Shown one piece after another: positions 1 through 11,600 of a DNA stretch of 64,000 bases. The notes below the pieces were generated by a model, which saw only the letters and a list, made by a program, of their open reading frames with translations, searched no databases and was not told the DNA's origin. The stretch is from Okamejei kenojei (lineage: Eukaryota): assembly GCA_035221665.1 (NCBI GenBank), contig CM069151.1, forward strand, positions 14,384,001-14,448,000. The letters run 5' to 3'. A program made the translations under genes and the position numbers. Within the stretch, counting starts at the first letter, position 1, and each line of letters opens with the position of its first letter.

Positions 1-514
1 AAATTGTGGTGGAATGTGCAACATTTGATGGCAGTGAGATCTACAGCCTCACCATCTGAAATGTAACATCGGCCTGAAATACAATTTGTCGTGTGCTTTG
101 ACTGCGCCAGAGATACATTACCAGCACTACGGACAGATACTTCACCACGTCCACCCCTAGAGGCCAGGGTCAGAGTGGCGCCTTGCCTCCCAGCCTCAGG
201 AACATTCCAGCTGCAGATGTCTATCTGTGCCGTACCTCAATGTTTATTGCTTTCTTTTGCGCTAACAAAGTCACCCATATTCTATACAAGAGAAGAAGGC
301 TTCATCTCCCTTCCCTTCAGCTCATAGGAGCAGGCAGAGTGGAGTGTCTCCATTATAGGCATTCAGAGACGACACTTACCTCCACAGATACCTTCCTGGC
401 AAGTTGCTGCCGAGAGCACTGGGCATCACAATGTAGTGTAGTGTTCTTTGCCGACCTGTCCAAATCCCATTGTCTGTTTGAGAGCAATGTCCCCTTACCT
501 GCCTCAACACCACC

Positions 515-772
515 TTGATCCTGACTACGGGAGCTGTCTGTACGGAGTTTGTGCGTTCTTCCCGTGATCTGCGTGGATGTTCTCCGGTATCTCCAGTTTC
601 CTCCCACACTCCAAAGGCATGCAGGTTTGTAGGTTAATTGGCTTGGTATAATTTTAATTTGTCCTAGTGTGTGTAGGACAGTGTTACTGTGTGGGGATCG
701 CTGGTCGGCCTGGACTCGGTGAGTCTAAGGACCTGTTTCAGCGCTGCATCTCTAAACTGAACTATACTAAAC
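515..772 (+). mobile_element. HE1/V-SINE-type tRNA-derived SINE (5'-truncated)
   Basis: gatcctgactacggg..gtctgtacggagtttg..ttctcc core and (CTAAA)n-like tail. Confidence 0.8.
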
Positions 773-2257
773 CACCTGTCAACTGCAGAATCCATTCAGA
801 GTCTAGCAACCATTGCCGGAGGTTGGGAGAGTGTTTTGTCGATGGCGATAAGTTACTTCAAGAGCTGCCTGCAAGGAAAGCACCTGCCTTGCTACATGTG
901 ACAACAGCCAAACTTTGCATCACCTTAATAGGTAATGCCACACTGAGACTGACAATGTTCTGTGAACCTTACAATTGAGGTTTATGTTCAGTCACAAAGA
1001 ACTGCAGATGCTGGTTTACAAAAAAGACACAAAGTACTGGAGTAAGTCAACGGGACCGGCAGCATCTCTGGAGAACACGAGTAGGTGACGTTTCGGGTTA
1101 GGACCTTGATTCAGATGGCTTTAGCGATGTAGGGGGGGGAGGGGGGGAGAGAAAAGAGAGGTGGGGGTGAGACAAAGGCTGGCAAGTGATAGGTGGATAC
1201 AGCTGAAGGAGGGAGGGGAAGTTGATTGGGTGATGGGTTTGTTATTTGACATTCACAGACAGCATAAGGTTGGCCAATAATACTTCCTTGATAAGTGATG
1301 CGATTTTAGACCAACCATCTCCGGTCTTCCCTCTCTCACAACGGTTGCTTCACAGATGCCAGCGATAAAGCAATGTGCAGGAACCAGCGTAGCATGTAGA
1401 ATGAGGGGACCGAGCTCCAAATGTTCATTGAGAATCAATACTCCATTAAAATGTTCGACATGATCTGGAATGGAATCTGTTTGTTTACTATTTCCTTTCG
1501 CACAGCATTATTTGTCTCCAATTCAGTGAAAATCATGATATTTTTGTATCTCCTTGGTGTTGTGTAATAAATAAAGCTATTAAAATAGAACATTGAACAG
1601 TATAGGACCTTCAGCCCACAACGCATATTATGCCAAATTAAAATAATCTCCTCTGCCTGCACTTGATTCACATCGCTCCATTCCCTGCATATCTATGTGC
1701 CTATCTAAAAGCCTCTTAAACGCCACTCTTGTTACTGCTTCCAACACCACCCCTGGCAGCGTGTTCCACGCACCCAACAGCCTCTGTGTAAAAATCGTGC
1801 CCCGCGCTTCTCCTTTGCCCCTCTCACCATTATTGCCACAGGTTTAACAGTATTCTGAAATTAGCCTTCTATCATTCTGTACCATTAGCATTCACGCACT
1901 ATAAGCATTCAGCGGAAGGTTTCTTGAACTAGCCACACGTCACATCAAGTTTTCTTTTACATTATCATTCAGAGGTTGTGGAAAAATCTGGTGATTCTGT
2001 AGTCACCATTACGAGATAGGTTTTTAATTTCACATTCTTTAATTAATTCGTGGGATTTGAACATATCTCCAGATCATTTCCCAGCCTGGACCGTTAAGTG
2101 CCCAAAGTCCATTCAAAACATCATTGGAGTGCTTAGTGCAATTGACTGACTGCAGATACAGAAATTATAAGTCCATAAATGAAAATGAGACAATGACAAA
2201 ACTCAGTTGGAAGCAATTATTTTACTGCTTATTTTCAGTTACAGGATAGCAAGTCAT

Positions 2258-2263
2258 TTTAAT
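2258..2263 (-). terminator. Candidate ATTAAA poly(A) signal of troponin I
   Basis: ATTAAA on minus strand ~320 nt after the stop, followed by a T/GT-rich stretch; a second ATTAAA at 2318-2323. Confidence 0.35.
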
Positions 2264-2582
2264 TGTATCTTGTCAAAGGCATTTGTTCCTACTTAAAATC
2301 ACCAAAACGGAAAGAAGTTTAATATTGCTCCTGAAACTCAGTCTGGTGGTTGATAATGAGAAAACCATTCATTAAAATACTTTACCATGTGTGAAAAGTT
2401 ATAAACCAAAAACGACTGGATTACGAGTAATGCTACTGGTTAATGTTTTCATAAAACGTGCAATATTCCGTGAGGATTACCTGCAGAAAAGCAAAGCATG
2501 AATAAATATCCTCGTCAACATAACATTATATTTGCGAAGTGGAATTGATAACCATGAAGGTGCTTCAGATTGGGTGCATCAC

Positions 2583-2681
2583 TCACTGGGTGCTGGCAGC
2601 ATCAAACATCTTCTTCCTGCCCTCCATTCCCGACTTGGCAGCCACATTCTTACGCCAGTCACTGACTTCAGCATTCCGATC
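2583..2681 (-). CDS. TNNI: Troponin I last coding exon (mobile C-terminus) with TGA
   Basis: caacag|[32 protein letters not shown]. Confidence 0.95.
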   Translation of the reverse strand, partial: DRNAEVSDWRKNVAAKSGMEGRKKMFDAASTQ

Positions 2682-5600
2682 CTGTTGCGTAAGTTTAGAA
2701 TAAACGGAAGGTGTTTACAATCATATTAAAGAAAAACTTTTAAACACAGAGCTAAACTGTTCAGGACTGTAATTCTTGATGTGGGGTAGGATTAAAATTC
2801 CCTTTCACCCAACTCATCCATGCTGATCATGATGTCCCAGATAAGCTAGTCTAATTTGCTTGCATTTGCCCCTTTATCTTTATCTTGCACTAAACATTAT
2901 TTCCTTTATCCTGTATCTGCACCCTGTGGACGGCTCGATTGCAATCATATATTGTCTTTCTGCTGACTGATTAGCACACAACAATTTATTTTTTTGCTGT
3001 ACCTTGATCCAGAAGACAATAAACAAAACTAAATTAAACTAAACCTCCCCTCCCCATGTAAGTTGAACACCTCTGGTACCAGTTATCCAGTGCCATTAGT
3101 TTTGGATAATGAACCAACTACCATCGAATGACACCATTAAAGCTCTTTAAAATCTTACTGTGCGTTTGGAACTGTATGGCCTGATACAAAAGATTGATGA
3201 CAAAATCCAGCCTGCTAGTCTGATCTGTTTTAAATCTGGCGAAATTTTTAAGTTACTTAGGACTCTTTGTCAGTGAGAGTGAATTCCGTGTGATTGCTTA
3301 TTTTTTTAAACATTGTAAAAGACATGAGAATTACAAAAGGATGTTTCAACAGTAATAAATGGGATTGGATAATAAATGTATTCATTGAACCTCTGCTTGC
3401 CATTAATATTAATGGAATTTCTATACCTGATGAATAACTAAGAGTGAATAATGTTTCCACATCTGAGTATATTTGAATATGAACAGATTTTGCAGATGAT
3501 AAACAGAAGTAAATCCCAAAATGAGAACACACAGACAGAGCAGCTGTTTAATTATTACTGTGATGATGCTCCTCACTCGTGTGCTGCTCTGATCCCCGTT
3601 AACAGCAGACAGGCCCAGGAGGAGCTGAAGGCCAGCACAGTGGACAGCCCCTGGCCTCCGGTAATCAGCCGGCACCATGGAGAGCGCTCTGGCAGAACTG
3701 AGGCCACGACAGAGGAGCAACACTTACATCCAATTAGCAGTAATTGGTCTGAGGGAGAGTCTCGACCTGAAATGTCACCCTATAGTCTGAATTAGATCTC
3801 GATCCGAAACATCACCCATTCCTTCTCTCCAGAAATGCTGTCCGCCCTGCTGAGTTACTCCAGCATTTTGTGTCTATATTAGCAGTAATCGGATTGACCC
3901 ATTTGCACCTGGCCACCCTTCACCTTAAAAGCCTTCATTGCGAGAGGATTTGAGTCTAGGAGTAAGGAGGTCCTACTGCTGTTGTACAGGGCCCTGGTGA
4001 GACCGCACCTGGAGTATTGTGTGCAATTTTGGTCGCCTATTGAGGGAGTGCAGCGTAGGTTCACCACGGTAATTCCCGGGATGGCGGGACTGACATATGA
4101 TGAAAGAATGGGTCGACTGGGCTTGTATTCACTGGAATTTAGAAGGATGAGCGGGCATCTTATAGAAACATATATAATTCTTAAAGAATTGGACTGGCTA
4201 GATGCAGGAAAAATGTTCCCGATGTTGGGGGAGTCCAGAACCAGGGGTCACAGTTTAAGAATAAGGGGTAGACCGTTTAGGACTGAGACAAGGGACCGCA
4301 TCCCCAAGCAGACTGAGACCTTCTCGTCACTATTGGGTTCACTATAAATAAGCCTTTTCATGTGAGTTCACCCTACCACGTGTTGGTGTAGTCACCGTCG
4401 ATCCAGAGTCGTCCCTGAAGCCACATTACCTTTTCTGTATCATCCTTTTTGACCGACTTCAGGTTGGCTCTGAGGTCCATCGACACCTTGTGCTTGGATC
4501 CCAATAAAGCACGCAACATGGCATCAGCGGAGACGCGGACCCTACGCAAGGGAGGTCGCTTGAACTTCCCTCGAAGATCAAGAATTTTCAGGGACAGATC
4601 TTGAATCTGTTAGCAGAAAATCGGGTGTAAAAAGGTAAAGGTGATGCAGCTGTGGTATGCAGGTGAAAAGACACAGGTTGAAGCATCGAATTGGCAACGT
4701 ACCTCGCAGCTGTTCTTGCTAGCTTTAAACTCAATGTCATACCTTTCTTCATCAACAATCTCAATTTTTTGATGGAGTTCTATGCACAAATTCTGTAACA
4801 ATAATAAATTATGGTGAATATTTCCACATTAGCCATCCAATTTAATCCCACTCATTATTTCTTCCCATTATCTTTATCAGTCGAGCTATAATCCCTTTCA
4901 GATTTTGTAAAATATTCTTCAATATCGTTAATGTACCAATGTGGTAAAGATTGTGTATGTTATGCTTAACTTCATTGCTAGGGGCATTGAGTATAAGAGT
5001 TAGGAAGTCAGGATGCAGCTCCATAAGAATTTAGTTAGGCCGCATTTGGAGTATTGTGTGCAGTTCTAGTTGCCTCATTACAGGAAAGATGTAGAGGCTT
5101 TCGAGAGGGTGGGGAGGTGGTTTACCGAATTGTTGCCTGGATTAGAGGGTTTCAGCAACGAGGGAGAGGTTGAGGGGAGACCTGATCGAGGTATATAAAA
5201 TGATGAGAGGCATAGATAGAGTAGACAATCAGAACCTTTAATGTTCAACACTAGAGGGCATATAGCTAGAAGTTGAGAGGAGGAAAGTTGAATGGAGATG
5301 TGCGGAGCAAGTATTTTTACACAAAATGGTGGAGCCTAGAACGCATTGGTTGGGGGTGATAGTGGAGGTAGATATGAGAGTTATGTTTGAGTGGCTTTTT
5401 GATCGGGCAGATGAAATAAGTTTAATTTGGCATGATGTTCGGCACAAACATTGTGGGTCAAAGGGCCAGCTCTGTTGTCCCATGTTCTATATAACATTTC
5501 TGAGAGAACTTGCCTCATTCATTAATAATTGATCGATATTCCAACCGATTCCACTAATCTCATTTTCTAATTACCCCTGCAGCTAAGAAGTATTTCAATA

Positions 5601-8600
5601 TCAGATTTTGTTGCTTTTTAAGATGAGCATAAATTGTGCCAATTTTTACCAGCCAAAAAACAAACCGTCACTATTTGGCTTATCATGACCCTTCATAATC
5701 TTGAAGACACTCAGCAAATTATTTTAATCCAACTCTTTCCATGAAACAATTAATGAAGTAATAACCAAATAGTTGATTCTTCTAATCCAACAAAAATACC
5801 ATTTATGTTTCCACTAATATGCCGTGAAAGGTTATGGGGAGAAGGCAAGAGAATGGGGTTGAAGAAAAAAAGAACAGTCGTGATCAAATGGCCGAGCAGG
5901 ACCTGATGGGCCGAATGGCATGATTCTTCTCCTATCTCTTATGATCTTAAGAAAAGTAGAGTTTTCTATTTCTGAAATATAATGAAATGTTAAGTTAATG
6001 AAAGAGAAATTCGAGCTGTGTATTTGTTGCTTTTTTTCTTCCCCGTAGCCATTTAAATTGGGTCATCTTGGGGAAACAAACAGCACGACCGATTTATTAG
6101 AGAGCGGTGTTGTTGTCCATATATCAGGGTAGTTTTGCATGATTACAAGGAACTGCAGATGTTGGAATCTTGAGCAAAATATGAACGACTGTCTCTCAAT
6201 GTGAAGAAGGGTCCATCCTAAAACGTCACCCGTCCGTTCTCTCCACAGATGCTGGCTGACATGCTGAGTTCCTCCAGCGCTTTGCATTTTGCATGATTAC
6301 GACAGGTATTCTCTTAAATGGAGAACCCATTGCCGACTGTAAGATAGGGTGAATATCCAGTCAAGATTGTTTGGAAAATTTCCTGGACTATACGGAGAGA
6401 GGGCACCATGTAAAAAGTATATGCTACTGCTCGTGACAACCCTCTCCATTTACAATCCATGTACTCATTCCGTTCCCAAACTAATCGTCAGTTTGACAGG
6501 ACATGGAATACTAATATTAAGAGAGTCAAAGCCAGACGATTTCCCTGGCTGTTTAAGTGACATTGATGTGGACTGGGCCTTCCTTCCATTGAAGGAACCT
6601 GGTGGGCAGCTCACATCTTCCCTGCTCTTTGCATCAGGGGAAGTTGTCCATTGAGATTTGGATTGTTTTCTCATGAACACCAAAGGTTGAGGCAAGACCT
6701 GATGGAAGTATATAAAATTACAAGAGGCATAGTTAGTCAGAACCATTTTTCCCCATGGTGGAAATGTGAAAGACTAGAGGGCATATCTTTAAGGTGAGAG
6801 GGGCAAAGTTTAAAGGAGATGTGCGGGACAAATTTTTTTCTTCAGAGAGTAGTGGGTGTCTGGAACGCTTTGCCTGGGTTGGTAGTGGAAGCAGATACGA
6901 GAGTGACTTTTAAGAGGCTTTCAAGTTGACACATGTATGTGCAGGGAATGGAGGAATATCGATCACGTGCAGGCAGAGTAGATTAGTTCTAACTTGGCAT
7001 CATGTTTGTCACGGACATTGTGGGCCCATGGGCCTGTTCCTGTGCTGTACTGTTCTTATGTTCCATGTCTGAAATACTTGCTCATTGAAATATTTCTGGC
7101 AAATCTATAAACTTTTAATTGTTCATTGCATTTTAATGATAATGTTGATGTTACATGATTGATGTTAATTGATACACCGATGTAAAATGTCCTTACCTGC
7201 AGGTCTGTGAGGGAGAGGCTGGTGAGATTGAGAGGAGGCACTCGTTCTACCAGGAATTTTTCCTTCTCTTCATACCGGTCTTCGATTTCTCTTTCCAGAT
7301 CTTCCTTGGCTCTGGAAAGCATTAGTATCTGCACAAGGATTGTTAATAAGTCACATTGAAACTATAGTGCTAGACTAACCTTACAAAATGTCTTCTCAAT
7401 CATAGACCAGGAAACAAAAGAAGTGACCTCACCTTCAGGTGGAGTTTGCGAGATGCCGAGATCTTACTACTTTTCTGTGATTGACAATNNNNNNNNNNNN
7501 NNNNNNNNNNNNNNNNNNNNNNNNNNNNNNNNNNNNNNNNNNNNNNNNNNNNNNNNNNNNNNNNNNNNNNNNNNNNNNNNNNNNNNNNNNNNNNNNNNNN
7601 NNNNNNNNNNNNNNNNNNNNNNNNNNNNNNTACAGCAAGGAAAGAGGCCCTTTGGCTCAACCTCCCCATCACGACCAAGATGTCCTACCATCTAACCTTG
7701 TCCCACCTGCCTGCATTTGGCCCATATTTCTCTACATATTTCCTATCCATGTACTTGCCCAAATGTCTTTTAAGTGTTGTTGTAGTACCTGCCTCAACTA
7801 CCTCCTCTGGCAGCTCATTCCATATATCCACCACCCTCTGTCTGAAAACATTGCTCCTCTGGTTCATATTAAATCTTTCCCTTCTCTGGTTCTTAAATTC
7901 CCCTACTCTGGATAAAAAGACTGTGCATCTAGCCTTTCAATTATTGGATAGGTACATTTGAACATGCATCCAATGGAAACATAAAGAGATCATTCAAACA
8001 GTGCTAATTCTTGAACTGGTACTTCCTTCAGCTAAGAATATCGTATTAGACAATTTGTTTATATCAGAACAAAATAAAACAACATAGTTCTATTGTGAAC
8101 ATAAAATCACTCATATATACCAAATGCTGCACTTTCGAATGATGTGATATATTGTGTTAGTATAAAAATCCAAAATTTGAATTTTATTAAAAAAAAGGCC
8201 ATTCAGCCCTTTATGAACTTTCTCTCAGTCCTCTTCATCTCTGCCGTTCAGTATAACCTTGGGGTGGGAGATTGCAACCTTCACGTGGTCCGCTCTGTTT
8301 CGACTAATGCAATCAACTCGACGTGCACAAACGGAAGATCAAATAGAACAAGTTGTCCAACAACTTTAGGCTGTGCACGCCACACGACAGAAGAAGAAGT
8401 ATAACCTTATCTTCTTTTCTTCTCATCATATATTTATTCAGAATATAGGAGCAAGGAACTGTAAATGCTGGTCTACAAAACAAAAGACAAAAGTCAGTTG
8501 TGCAGCATCTCTGGGTAGGTGACATTGATAGGTGATCAGTCTGAAGAAGGGTCTCGACCTGAAATGTCACCTCGCCATGTTCTCCAGGGATTCTGCCGGA

Positions 8601-11600
8601 CCCACTGACTTACTCCAGTACTTTTAGTGTGTCTTTTATTGTAGACCAGCATCTCCAGTTCCTTGTATCAACATTTTGACTGCTCCACTGCAAAATTTCT
8701 TCAAGGTATGCCCACCTTAAAAAAGCTCTCCTCCTCTCTCCGACAGGAGTTCTGAGAGGCCACCTCTCACTGCGTGATTCCTGCTGCTCTCAATCAGTCT
8801 GAAGAAGGGTCCCAACCTGAAACATCCCCGATCCATGGTTCTCCAGAGATGCTGCCTGACCCGCTGAGTTACTCCACACTTTACGTATTTGTCAAGTATT
8901 CACTGGATTGTAGCTGTGTTATTTTTCCTAACTTGAAATTATGGTACTGTGGACTCACGCAAACCACTATTTGCAGATAAGTATTCTCTTGCATTTTGTA
9001 AATGTCATTGTTATGAGCTGGACAAATGCGTCACCAAAACTGTAGCCTAAAAATTTCCAAATTGCAGCTGTTTTGTTTAAACATGCAATGCATCTGAAAA
9101 CCAATCTTCTCTGGGGTGCAATTATTTCCACCTCAGAAAATGTAACCGGGCGAATCCAGACACAATTCACCCTTGCACGCTTGCGTGATCTCTGTGTCAA
9201 TCATGCATGGGAGAATATTATTCCTTGTTAACGTTTCTTTCAGGGCGCTGTGGAGGAAATTAGATCAGTTGTCCGGGGAGCAACCATTGCTAGGCATTCC
9301 AGACACATTGATGAGTGAGCACAAGGATTCACAATGCAGGAACAGATTGAGTTCCCAATAAGGCAAGTCCTATATTCACCTACTGTATTATTCTTTGGTC
9401 GCCTTTCCCACAGAACTGACTGCTGCAACCCTCTCCCCCAACTCTCTGCCCACCAGTTAGTCAAAGCCCATGAGCTCCGCATCAGCTAAACCCATATAGA
9501 GTCATAGCATCAAACAGCATGGAAACAGGTCCATCGGCCCAACTTGCCCACACGGACCAATATGTCTCATCTACACTAGTCCCACCTGCCTGCATTTGAC
9601 ACATATCCCTCTAAACCTATCCTGTCCATGTACCTGTCTAGATGTTTCTTAACTGTTGCGATAGTACCTGCCTGAACTACCTCCTCTGGCAGCTCGTTCC
9701 ATACACCCACCATTCTTTGTATAAATCTTTCCTCCATCACCCTTAAGCCTATAGCCTCTGGTTCTCGATTCCCCTACTCTGGGTAAGAGACTCAGATTGT
9801 GCTTTTATCGAGAGCAATAGGCAATAGACAATAGGTGCAGGAGTGGTCATTCGGCCCTTCGAGCCAGCACCACCATGGCTGATCATCCCCAATCAGTACC
9901 CTGTTCCTGCCTTCTCCCCATATCCACTGACTCCACTATGTTTAAGAGCCCTATCCAGCTTTCTCTTTTTCAATTCAATTCATTTCAAATTTAATGTCAT
10001 TGTACAGATACAAGTATGGGTACAACGAAATGCAGTTTAGTGTCAGTACGTAGTGATAGCAATGTTTAGATAAATACAGATAAATAAATACAGATGTGGG
10101 AATCTATCGGCGGGACTCCGAGTTCAGCAGTGCGATGGTGTTATTGTAGAAGCTACTCCTCATCCTGCTGGTGCGGGACCTGAGGCTCCTGTACCGCCTC
10201 CCCTGATGGTAGGAGGGCAAACAGTCCATGGTTAGGGTTGGGAGGGGTCCTTGATGATCTTCCCAGCCCGTCTCAGACACCGTTTTCGGTGGAGGGCATC
10301 CAAAGCAGGGAGCGGGGCACCGATGATGTGCTGGGCGGTTTTCACCACCCGTTGTAGTGCCTTCCTGTCTGCTACGGTGCAACTGCTGTACCATACCGTA
10401 AAGCAGGTGGTCAGGATGCTTTCGATGGTACAGCGGTAGAAGTTGGTCAGGATCTGGGGGGACAGGTGGGCTTTTTTGAGCCTCCTCAAGAAGTAAAGGC
10501 GCTGCTGCGCCTTTTTGATCAGCTTGGAGGTGTTGAGGGACCAGGACAGATCCTCCGAGATGTGTACCCCGAGGAATTCTCTTGAAAGTATCCAGAGACC
10601 GGCCTCCACCGCCCTCTGAGGCAGAGAATTCCACACACTCACAAGCACCTATCTTTGTTCCTACTTGAAAACATTCCATGATACATATGAATAAATTGGT
10701 AAAACATATCACTATTTCCTGATTCTAAACTTAACCTTAGATTTGACAATATTTCCTGTGATGAAGCATAGGTGGAAAAACATCAATTGATTCTTCTTGC
10801 TACCATTGTGGTACTGTGCACAAAGTGCATGCCACTACCCTCATCAGTGGGAGAAAATATCGTTTCAATCACAACTTTAACATGTAAACTGTAATAAAGC
10901 TTATAGTTTGTCAATCTGAAGAAGGGTCTCGACCCGAAACATCACCCATTCCTTCTCTCCAGAGATGCTGCCTGCTCCACTGAGTTACTCCAGCATTTTG
11001 TGTCCATCTTCCATTCAAACCAGCATCTGCAATTCCTTCCTACACAGTATAGTTTATAATCCCGGGACAGGAGTAGATGTAATAGTAGTTGTTTTTTCAG
11101 AATTTTTATTGCAATTTAGAGATTTTACAAATAGCTGCTTAAACATTTACATCCACTAAAATATACAATTAATGGCCAAGACTTTTAACAACATTGACCG
11201 TAAAGAGGGATTATGGGAATCGGTCCCTGAAAGTGGTAAGAAAAATAGATAGAATGGTGAAGAAGGCTTATGGCATGCTTGCTTCATTGGTCAGGGCGTA
11301 GTAGAGTCAGGAAGTCATGATGTAACTTTATAGGACTTTGGTTTGGCCACATTTCGAGTACAGCGTGCAGTTCTGGCCATCATCCTGCGAGAAGCATGTG
11401 GAAGGCCTGCAGAGGGGGTTTACTAGAATGATGATGGATTAGGAGGTAGTATGTAAAGGGAGACGTTGGACAGACTTGGATTGCTTTCTCTAGAATGCCA
11501 GAGGTTGAAGAGAAACCTGCTATATGTGTTTTTGAGAGGCATGGATAGGCCTTTTTCCCCAGGATGGAAATGTCAAAGACTAGAGGGCTTAGCTTTAAGG

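Noticed and set aside
350-359. Perfect CArG box CCATTATAGG
   Set aside because: Single isolated motif 2.2 kb past the TnI stop with no supporting cluster; compatible with chance unless a muscle gene starts just outside the window
3451-3795. 114-aa ORF in the last TnI intron
   Set aside because: No recognisable domain or splice context; ends in a Penelope-like repeat
7400-7915. ORFs containing X runs (also 31329-31739)
   Set aside because: Artefacts of N gaps; only the 42-nt TnI exon at 7433-7474 is real
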